Below are positions 57,038-64,000 of a DNA stretch of 64,000 nt, in pieces (positions within the stretch are counted from its first letter, which is position 1; each line of letters starts with the position of its first letter). The stretch is taken from positions 515,168-579,167 of the forward strand of contig JAPDJW010000002.1 in NCBI GenBank assembly GCA_029258885.1. Direction: 5' to 3'. A program made the position numbers and the translations under genes. Below the pieces are notes generated by a model. It was given only the letters and a program-made list of their open reading frames with translations, ran no database searches and was not told the DNA's origin. The DNA is from Thermoproteota archaeon (lineage in GTDB: Archaea; Thermoproteota; Thermoprotei; Thermofilales; B9-G17).

Positions 57038-58408
57038 TTAACCGCTTACTAGATCATCGATACTGAAGGCTAGGTAGCCACTCTTCAACAGCCTTTCCTT
57101 ATCCTCTATCCTCCTAGCTATTAGTCCGTAGTACTTTACTGGATAGCCGAGATATTTCCCCTTATCTTCCAGCTCGAATAGAATCCTTTCAGCCTCATTT
57201 AATCCGATGTCCCTCCACTTAACCTCCATTAAAATGGCTTTTCTTCCACTTCTATCTACAGCTACTACGTCTATCTCCACGCCCTTTCTCCACCATCCCC
57301 CAACTCTGTATGGCTTAAACGGCAAGCTAAGCCTCCATACCTGCTGGCGTGCTATATCCTGGAACACGAGCCCCATGTACGTGTTAAAGTCCTCCCTGAC
57401 CTTCTCTAACACCTCCCCTCTTTCTCCGAGCTCCAGCATACTCCTATTCGGAAACACGTACCTGAACCAGAACCTGAAGAAGTTATCCTTAATCCTATAG
57501 ACTGCCCTGCCTCCACCAATCGGTTCATCTCTAGCCACCAGATCCAAGTCTCTAATCAGCACGTTTAGGTAGTAGCTTAGCGAGGTCTTGGATGCTCCTA
57601 GGCTACCCGCTATCTCACTAAACGTGGATTTACCTGATGCCAGAAGTCTAAGGATTTCAAAATACGTTACATGCTCCCTAAGCTCGGTCTTCAACAGTAA
57701 CTCTGGTTCTAGATACAGCGGAGACCTGTAGTCGAAGATGAGCCTCTCGGCCTCCCTAAGCCAGTCTCCTGAACTAAGCATTGAGAGGTAATAGGGGGTC
57801 CCACCGAATACCCCATATATGGCGACAGCATTCACGGGGCTTACTCCTAAACGCATGGCTAGGTAGCGGTAGGTGGCTTGGAAATCGAAGGGCTTTATCT
57901 TCAGGAATCCCGTAGCCCTCCCATATAGCGGCTGACCGTAGTTGTAGATTCTTTCCATCATGCCTATTGAGGAGCCAGTACATATAAGCATCAGCTGGCA
58001 ACCGTGTGCCTCCTCATCTATAATCCTCTGAAGGATCGAGAGAGCGCCCCTATCTATCTCAAGCAGCCTCTGGAATTCATCGAAAACAACTATATGCTTC
58101 TCCCTACGCGATAGCCTAAATATGCCTCTAAATATCTCATCCCACGTGGGATTAAAGCTGAGCCTTAGGTTAAACCTGCGGTAGAGCTCCTCAGCTAACT
58201 TCCCCCTAAGGCTCTGAGGAGACATCTCGGAGACATAGAAGTAGAGGCTCCTCTCCTTGTCCTCGAGGAACTTCCTGACGAGGAACGTCTTCCCTACTCT
58301 TCTTCTGCCATATATAACTATAAAGCTGAATTTTTCCTTACGATAGTTCTCCTCAAGGTATTCTAGCTCATCGCTTCTATCAAAAAATTGTTCAACCATA
58401 TTAATCAT
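57038..58408 (-). CDS. Archaeal AAA-type ATPase with C-terminal DUF234-like domain
   Basis: 'FFDRSDELEYL', Walker A 'IYGRRRVGKTFL', Walker B 'VVFDEFQRL', wHTH-like 'TFSEIAGSLGASKTSLSYYLNVL'. C-terminal 'GGWWRKGVEIDVVA' is typical of DUF234. Confidence 0.75.
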   Translation of the reverse strand: MINMVEQFFDRSDELEYLEENYRKEKFSFIVIYGRRRVGKTFLVRKFLEDKERSLYFYVSEMSPQSLRGKLAEELYRRFNLRLSFNPTWDEIFRGIFRLSRREKHIVVFDEFQRLLEIDRGALSILQRIIDEEAHGCQLMLICTGSSIGMMERIYNYGQPLYGRATGFLKIKPFDFQATYRYLAMRLGVSPVNAVAIYGVFGGTPYYLSMLSSGDWLREAERLIFDYRSPLYLEPELLLKTELREHVTYFEILRLLASGKSTFSEIAGSLGASKTSLSYYLNVLIRDLDLVARDEPIGGGRAVYRIKDNFFRFWFRYVFPNRSMLELGERGEVLEKVREDFNTYMGLVFQDIARQQVWRLSLPFKPYRVGGWWRKGVEIDVVAVDRSGRKAILMEVKWRDIGLNEAERILFELEDKGKYLGYPVKYYGLIARRIEDKERLLKSGYLAFSIDDLVSG

Positions 58409-58582
58409 TAATTAATTAATCATTAATATATTAATTTCTTCCCAGCGCCTCCTCCACCGCACGCACCTTATCCACATACTCCTTAACCCTTTCCATAATT
58501 CCTCTATCAACAATATCGAGGCTTATAGGTTATATCAGTATAACTTTATATACTAATTATATTGTTTATACTATGTGGTATA

Positions 58583-58990
58583 ATGGGGAAGCTTGTCGCC
58601 ATAAAGGGTATCGATAGGGATCTATATAAGAAAATTAAGGCTATAGCTTCGCTCGAGGAGAGGACGATAGGTTCCATAGTTAATGAAGCTCTTAGGCTAT
58701 GGCTTCTACTTAGGAGCGATAGAAAATATAGTCGTTGGCTTAAAATCGAGGAGGCGTACAGGAAGAACTACAGGCTTCTTGTTAAAAAATATAGTGAGCT
58801 ATGTGAAAGATATAAGGGCAAGTATTTAGCGATATGTAATGCTAAATTTCTAGGAGTATTCGATAGTTTTGAGGAGGCTGCATCAAGTGTTCACAGGAAT
58901 TGCTCTAGCCATGCCTTCATTATAAGGATAGGTGAGGATATAAGGGAGAGGGAGGAGATCGAGCTAGGTTTTCCGGTGGAGTTTATATGA
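58583..58990 (+). CDS. RHH-like N-terminus + DUF5678-like domain protein (partner of aspartic protease gene)
   Basis: 'KLVAIKGIDRDLYKKIKAIASLEERTIGSIVNEALRLWL' and 'KGKYLAICNAKFLGVFDSFEEAAS'. 4-nt overlap with the downstream gene. Confidence 0.45.
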   Translation: MGKLVAIKGIDRDLYKKIKAIASLEERTIGSIVNEALRLWLLLRSDRKYSRWLKIEEAYRKNYRLLVKKYSELCERYKGKYLAICNAKFLGVFDSFEEAASSVHRNCSSHAFIIRIGEDIREREEIELGFPVEFI

Positions 58991-59376
58991 GGGCTTACTT
59001 TTCAAATATTATAAAACCTAAGGCTCCGATAGTTACTGCTACCTTATATAATCCTTTATTAAGTAAGAAGGCTACTGTGGATTTCATGGTTGATACTGGG
59101 TTTGCTGGAGGAGTACTTATCTCTCTAGATATTTATACAGAGTTAGACCTGCACCTTTTCGAGACGGTGAAGAAAATGGGTAGGGTTGTAACTGGAATGA
59201 CATTTGAGCTTAGAGCTTCTAGGGCTATTCTAGAATTTAATGGAGTTAAGATACCCTGTATGGCATATACTTCTCTAGGAGTTTCTAGAAATCTCTTAGG
59301 CCGTGAAGTACTCGAAAAATTAAAAATGACATATATTCCGAAACAAAATGTACTGAACCTAGATTTTGATCCCTAA
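58987..59376 (+). CDS. Retropepsin-like (clan AA, AF_0612-type) aspartic protease
   Basis: 'FMVDTGFAGGVLIS' (DTG active-site motif). 129 aa. Confidence 0.6.
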   Translation: MRAYFSNIIKPKAPIVTATLYNPLLSKKATVDFMVDTGFAGGVLISLDIYTELDLHLFETVKKMGRVVTGMTFELRASRAILEFNGVKIPCMAYTSLGVSRNLLGREVLEKLKMTYIPKQNVLNLDFDP

Positions 59377-59529
59377 TATGGACTTTCCTTATTCTTAGAG
59401 AATCTCATAGCGAAAAGGTATTCCTTTCTTCTCTCATCATACACGACTATAAACTAGATTTATCCCTATGATACGTTCTCCTTAAGGTATCCTGGTTCCT
59501 CACTTCTATCGAAGAATAGTTCAACCATG

Positions 59530-60456
59530 CTAGTCATTAATTTTTCTCAGCACATTCTCCACCGCATGTACCTTATTCACATACTTCTTAATCTTCTCCA
59601 TAATTCCTCTATTGGGCGAGGATACGACTATCTTTTCCTCGATCCACTTCTCCATAGTCTTCCCAGGATATATTCCCCTGACTTCAACCCACCTTAATCC
59701 AGAATACAGTTTAAGAGTGATGTAGTATGTTGAGAGGGTGTAGATAAGCTTAACTAAATTTCTGTAGGTTAACTTTATGTCTATTTCATGGGGCGTCTTA
59801 AGGAATAAGCTCCTCAAACCAACGGCTGAAGTATATGCTCTCATTCTATCATCGGAAGTCAACACCACAACTTCAACGCCGTTTTCACGCATAAAGTCCC
59901 TGTAGGATTTAGCTATAACTCTATCGCCTATTCCTTCACAACTACATTCGTAGGTCATATAATTGCTTTTAACGTATTCAAGTTCAGCTAGCGCTATAAG
60001 AGCTTTCCTAGCAGCTAGGCTTAATATTCCATCATACACATACCTTGTAGTACCTAACCCCCTGAACGATAGCCCCCGCCTAAGCTCAGATAAATCCCTA
60101 ACCCTAAGGTTTGCTTTCCTAGCTATCTCCCTCTTAACGCATTCCGACACTGCAAACGTTAGCCTATAAGGGATATCATTAAGAAAGTTGCTTACGATTC
60201 TATAGAAGAGGACGTTAGTATCCACGGCCAGAACAATGGGTCTAGGATACTCTATCGGATTCTCAGCTCTAAGCCTATACTCCCGAAGTATTCTCTCCCT
60301 CACATCCTCGATGTTAGGCGGCTTAACGACGCCAGACGATAACAGCGCATCTCTAAAGTCGTCGTAGCCGGGTACCTCACGGTCAAATACCTCGCTCTTC
60401 CTTATTCTAAGCCTTACAGTATTTAAACCCATAAAAGTATTCGGCCTTACCGACAA
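59530..60456 (-). CDS. PIN-domain nuclease with N- and C-terminal extensions
   Basis: Four acidic PIN positions in order: 'LAVDTNVLF', 'VSECVKREI', 'GIGDRVIA', 'VVLTSDDRM'. TTG 60456 or ATG 60432 is the possible start. Confidence 0.65.
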   Translation of the reverse strand: MSVRPNTFMGLNTVRLRIRKSEVFDREVPGYDDFRDALLSSGVVKPPNIEDVRERILREYRLRAENPIEYPRPIVLAVDTNVLFYRIVSNFLNDIPYRLTFAVSECVKREIARKANLRVRDLSELRRGLSFRGLGTTRYVYDGILSLAARKALIALAELEYVKSNYMTYECSCEGIGDRVIAKSYRDFMRENGVEVVVLTSDDRMRAYTSAVGLRSLFLKTPHEIDIKLTYRNLVKLIYTLSTYYITLKLYSGLRWVEVRGIYPGKTMEKWIEEKIVVSSPNRGIMEKIKKYVNKVHAVENVLRKIND

Positions 60457-60598
60457 CCCTAGCCGAGCTTAGGTCACCGTAGTTAAATTCCACTAGATTC
60501 AGGTCGAAGAGGGGTGCCTTAACCATTATCTTTCCATTTGGATCTGTAATAGCATTTAATACCGTAATCAGAAACCTGCTTTCAATCTCTATTTCCAA
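60407..60598 (-). CDS. Small ORF bridging the CARF and PIN genes (possibly part of a frame-shifted fusion)
   Basis: 63-codon TTG-initiated ORF. It overlaps the CARF gene end by 17 nt and the PIN gene start by 50 nt, each in a different frame. Confidence 0.25.
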   Translation of the reverse strand: MEIEIESRFLITVLNAITDPNGKIMVKAPLFDLNLVEFNYGDLSSARVVGKAEYFYGFKYCKA

Positions 60599-61037
60599 GT
60601 AAAACCACCTGTCTAATACATGGCTTGGGTATCAGAGGATACAATATACCTTCAAAGCTCCTATCCTTAAGCTGAAGGTAAACTACCTTATTGGCCTTAC
60701 ATTTCTGGGCGGCCACGTACAGCCCAATACTCATAGTCTTCCTACCGGGCGTAACATCCACTAAAATATCAAACCCTGCATCCTTATACTCAACTAATTT
60801 ATGGGAGACGGATTTCACGATATTATCGACGCTAGCTTCATCGACCACAATATAGTCTACATGCACGTTTGGAAAAAGAGTCCTCAGCGCTCTGGAGATA
60901 GAGTCCTTGAAAGCATAGGTTCTACCGCTAAATACCAAGCAGATCCTAGCAGGTACACCATATTTCTCAGCAGAAATCCATACACAACTTAAAACAGCTT
61001 CAACAGTTAAACCCACGGAAATAACATACATATACAT
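60582..61037 (-). CDS. Stand-alone CARF-domain protein (Crn1-like ring-nuclease candidate or sensor module)
   Basis: 'MYVISVGLT' N-terminal strand/loop and 'ILVDVTPGRKTMSIGLY' (DxTxGxK CARF signature). 151 aa. Confidence 0.55.
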   Translation of the reverse strand: MYMYVISVGLTVEAVLSCVWISAEKYGVPARICLVFSGRTYAFKDSISRALRTLFPNVHVDYIVVDEASVDNIVKSVSHKLVEYKDAGFDILVDVTPGRKTMSIGLYVAAQKCKANKVVYLQLKDRSFEGILYPLIPKPCIRQVVLLGNRD

Positions 61038-61091
61038 GATGATTCAATAAATCATTAAAATAATTATTAACTTATCGAGTATATTCCAATC

Positions 61092-62339
61092 TTATTCTAA
61101 GGGAACACGCTTTATATCCAGGTGGTAAGCTATAGCTCCTAGAAGACCCCTATAGTCGCCGGCAATTATTACGTGATGATTACCTAGCGCTAAGTCCAGC
61201 AGATTACTTAACTTAGTCTTATGAAGTCTCGCGAAAACCTGCGTTCTGCATTGATTAGCATCTAGTTTAACGGGAGCGTTAACATCAGCACAATCTATGT
61301 ATATCTCCCTTAAATCAATGCTCAGCCTCGAAATAGTCGCTCGAGTAGCTTGAAACAGGCCACTAATTGAATAAGGTTTTCCAGACTCGAAGTGTTCCAC
61401 TAAACTGTAGCTATTACACAGTAACGTAGGTACAGTACAATGGGCTAACAGAATCCTCTCGTTATACAACGATGCCAGGTTCGCCATCCAGCCCGGCTTA
61501 CCAGAGATCTTTTGAGCAATAATTAGTAGCACTAGGCTATATAGGTCTGCCTCACAAGCCGCTGGTATCCCCTCATCTAAAAGCCATGCTACCGGTAGAC
61601 ATGGTGTATATCCGTGCTTCTGAATAAAATTAAAGCATTCTATGGCTGAAGCACTACAGGAATTCTTCTCAAGTATCCTCCTTAAAGCTAGATAAAGCTT
61701 AGATATCTTAACTAAAACCTTCTCATTAGGCCCAGCTGCCTTCTCTCCGAGCTTTTTCCTTAAGTTTTCTAGTGCCTCATCATCTGATATAGTCTCAACT
61801 TCCTTCAGCAGCACCTCTTCGGGTATGGGAATAATTACGAACCCGAACTTACGTGATAACATTCTAGCGTACTCCGGCACCTCGGATAGGTTTACTAGCG
61901 CTATCCTAGCCCCAGAAAGCTCACGTATAATTTTCAGAGCCCTAAGATGTAATCCAAGAGTCGAATCTATTCCCGAAGGGCTATGTGAAAACAATATCTT
62001 AGCTCTCTTACCAGCATTTCTCAACCTATTATAGGATGACAACGCTGAAGGTAAGCTATTATGCTCTCCGTGAGCCACAATTAGTAAGGGATTCGGATTT
62101 CTCGAAGCTATTTCCGTAGCAAGCCTCGAAGTCCCGCCCGTCAACGTTAAAATTATCAGATGCACATTGCTCCTCGAAGCTTCCTCCATAACTTCCTCAG
62201 CTTCACTCAGCGAAGTTATCAGCCTTTCATACGGCTTAACATTATACTTGGAGAAAACTTTAGCGTACTGACCTAGTATCTTAAGACAATACTTTTCGCC
62301 ATGTATCTTGGATGCCAGAGGTATTATCAGTATCCTCAT
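61092..62339 (-). CDS. L-fucose/L-arabinose isomerase family-like protein
   Basis: 415-aa ORF with an N-terminal Rossmann-like 'MRILIIPLAS...LIILTLTGGTS' and a central 'ACEADLYSLV'. The family call is tentative. Confidence 0.4.
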   Translation of the reverse strand: MRILIIPLASKIHGEKYCLKILGQYAKVFSKYNVKPYERLITSLSEAEEVMEEASRSNVHLIILTLTGGTSRLATEIASRNPNPLLIVAHGEHNSLPSALSSYNRLRNAGKRAKILFSHSPSGIDSTLGLHLRALKIIRELSGARIALVNLSEVPEYARMLSRKFGFVIIPIPEEVLLKEVETISDDEALENLRKKLGEKAAGPNEKVLVKISKLYLALRRILEKNSCSASAIECFNFIQKHGYTPCLPVAWLLDEGIPAACEADLYSLVLLIIAQKISGKPGWMANLASLYNERILLAHCTVPTLLCNSYSLVEHFESGKPYSISGLFQATRATISRLSIDLREIYIDCADVNAPVKLDANQCRTQVFARLHKTKLSNLLDLALGNHHVIIAGDYRGLLGAIAYHLDIKRVPLE

Positions 62340-62657
62340 ACTTCTATAAATTAAGAGGGAGAATGTATAAATATTACCGATAGGTTCTTAATAGCTTCCC
62401 AGTTAGGTACTCAGGGGCAGCATTAATAGTCATGTATTCTCCCGTTTCTCTACGGAATACAGCTGAAAGCTCTATTTCAAAGACGAGGGATTTTCTCTGT
62501 CCTCCCTTCAGATATCCTATTGCTATTTTCTGGCCTTTCTATTTGGGTGTATATAGCGACGATAGGTGAGCTGAGTGTACATGATATACAAGTTAGCCGA
62601 TAACTGTCCGGTTAGGAACTGTTTTCAATATAATTATATATCAGGCTCTGGATAATA

Positions 62658-62996
62658 TTGGTGATGCGTAATTTAGATGTCGTTACGGTTGGAGTATTAT
62701 TTATCTCTCTATCCTTGTCAATTGCTTTGGCTGCCGCTGGAGCTATAAGCTGGCTTATTGTACTTCCACTTATAATATCAATTATGGGAGTATACGGGGT
62801 GGCTGTAAGTCTAATAGTGTTCGGCGGCTCGATATATCATTTAGGATGGTCTGCCGTGGTGCTGATCCTTGGTGTATTGTGGATATGCAATATTCTATAC
62901 CCTGAGCTAACCCTCTACTTGTTTGCTCTACTTATCGGATTCGTAGGCGTTCTAATAATTATCTCGGCTCTAAAAGAAGAGAAAAAGACTAAATGA
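62658..62996 (+). CDS. Small integral membrane protein
   Basis: 112 aa with four hydrophobic helices and a Lys-rich C-terminus. Confidence 0.5.
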   Translation: MVMRNLDVVTVGVLFISLSLSIALAAAGAISWLIVLPLIISIMGVYGVAVSLIVFGGSIYHLGWSAVVLILGVLWICNILYPELTLYLFALLIGFVGVLIIISALKEEKKTK

Positions 62997-63017
62997 ATGT
63001 CGGTCTAAAAGTAACGT

Positions 63018-63545
63018 ATGGAGAGATATATAGCTATAGCCAGAGCTAGAGTGGATTCGCTCGATGAAGCGAGGAGTAGGATAGAGAGTATAGGCGCCAG
63101 CTACATAGGAAGTATTCGCTTAACCGAGTTGTACTATAAGACTAGCATCGGCAGGCTGGTGGTCAGAGAAATTGAGGGCGAGGATACGCTGAAGCTGATA
63201 TATTATGCTAAGAGGATGAGCGGTATTGTCACGATATTCCGGGTATACGTGGTGTATACGCGTGAGAGGGGCGAGCTAAAGAAGATCCTAAAGGATGTTC
63301 TAGGCACAGATGCTGTGGTCAATATATCTAGGGACATCTACTATCTGAACCAGGTTGAAATACATTTGGACAATGTAAGTAAGCTAGGTGCTTTCATTGG
63401 GCTTAAGAGGATGTTTGGATTCAAGAGGGGGGAGAAGAGGAGGAATATTAGGCTCATAAAGGATCTCCTAGAAAAGCTTAATATTAATCCAGGCGACTTA
63501 GTAGATGCGTTGTACGGCGACCTATTGGAGGTCGGGAGAGGATAA
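63018..63545 (+). CDS. CYTH-like (class IV adenylyl cyclase / triphosphate tunnel) protein with degenerate N-terminal motif
   Basis: 'VEIHLDNVSKLGAFIGL' matches the CYTH 'v.lD.V.gLG.FvEiE' strand region. The N-terminal 'YIAIARARV' occupies the position of ExExK. Confidence 0.45.
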   Translation: MERYIAIARARVDSLDEARSRIESIGASYIGSIRLTELYYKTSIGRLVVREIEGEDTLKLIYYAKRMSGIVTIFRVYVVYTRERGELKKILKDVLGTDAVVNISRDIYYLNQVEIHLDNVSKLGAFIGLKRMFGFKRGEKRRNIRLIKDLLEKLNINPGDLVDALYGDLLEVGRG

Positions 63546-63547
63546 TA

Positions 63548-64000
63548 TTGACGGACTACCTATTCTATCTGCTTTTAGGTATTATACAGGGCGTTCTCGA
63601 GTGGATTCCGGTTAGCAGCGAGGGATTTTTAACGCTAATATTAACCAATATCATGCACGTCGACTTCTCTAAGGCAGTTGAGCTATCCTTGCTCCTACAC
63701 TTAGGCACGCTATTTTCTGCGCTACTGTATTTTAGGAATGACGTTATCAAAGTAGCTAGATGTTTTCTAACCGGCAATTTCCTAAGGGATGGACTGAGCA
63801 GATTCCTTTTCTTCGCCACATCTTCAACTGTATTAGCTGGCCTACCACTCTACATGGCGGTAGGTTCGATAAATTTAGCCAGCCTCTCTATCATAAACCT
63901 AGCTATAGGTATCCTGCTCATAATTACGGGTCTTATCCAGTCAATAGCTAATAAGATCGATGGAGGGAGCAAGGCAGTTGATGAGGTAAGTACTAGGGAT
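63548..64000 (+). CDS. uppP: Undecaprenyl-diphosphatase (UppP/BacA), N-terminal part (3' end outside window)
   Basis: A TTG-initiated frame open to the window edge: 'LLLGIIQGVLEWIPVSSEGFLTL' and 'LLLHLGTLFSALLYF' are UppP hallmark segments. Not in the ORF track because there is no stop in the window. Confidence 0.7.
   Translation, partial: MTDYLFYLLLGIIQGVLEWIPVSSEGFLTLILTNIMHVDFSKAVELSLLLHLGTLFSALLYFRNDVIKVARCFLTGNFLRDGLSRFLFFATSSTVLAGLPLYMAVGSINLASLSIINLAIGILLIITGLIQSIANKIDGGSKAVDEVSTRD

Noticed and set aside
63565-63951. Track ORFs 63565..63819 (-) and 63760..63951 (+).
   Set aside because: Both overlap the open UppP frame (63548 to the window end), which carries clear family motifs.
1-64000. 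Scan for tRNA, rRNA or IS/transposase genes and terminal inverted repeats of mobile elements.
   Set aside because: I saw no cloverleaf-like segments, rRNA-like conserved blocks, or transposase/integrase motifs (DDE, Tyr/Ser recombinase) in any long ORF. The only large inverted repeat is the pair of CRISPR leaders.

Overview
Archaeal, crenarchaeote-like chromosomal segment of moderate GC. Supporting cues are TATA-type leaderless promoters, Lrp/AsnC, an AEP primase, a class III signal-peptide pilin, and a CRISPR repeat ending in the archaeal handle-like ATTGAGAG.

1-18.6 kb holds ordinary or accessory genes: two ABC transporter pairs, GNATs, two radical SAM enzymes, VapBC, an AsnRS-like asparagine synthetase and Lrp.

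18.7-61 kb is one very large CRISPR-Cas supercluster:
(i) A nine-gene type III effector operon: Cas10 with HD and GGDD, five Cas7-like RAMPs, one Cas5/Csx10-like RAMP, a Cas11 candidate and one unknown.
(ii) Six CARF-signature genes: Csx1, two Csm6-like CARF-HEPN, an APE2256-type CARF-wHTH, a permuted wHTH-CARF, and a stand-alone CARF next to a PIN nuclease.
(iii) Two CRISPR arrays (45 and 16 repeats, same 35-nt repeat) transcribed outward from inverted, duplicated ~400-bp leaders.
(iv) A 12-kb cassette between the arrays with NurA-like and HerA-like genes, two head-to-head wHTH paralogs, two cas1, two cas2 and cas4.

The most unusual item sits in that cassette: an Argonaute encoded in two pieces on opposite strands. 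One piece is an N-L1-PAZ-L2 half. The other is a MID-PIWI half with an apparently intact DEDH tetrad and a Zn-ribbon partner. The canonical cas1 frame starts, without a start codon, exactly where the Argonaute N-half stops.

I recognised no cas6, no type I effector genes and no tRNA or rRNA.

Caveats: all homology calls are by-eye motif recognition without searches. At least five reading-frame disruptions occur in the window (about 16650, 39808, 41263, 42120 and 60430-60600), so real pseudogenisation and assembly indels cannot be told apart from sequence alone.
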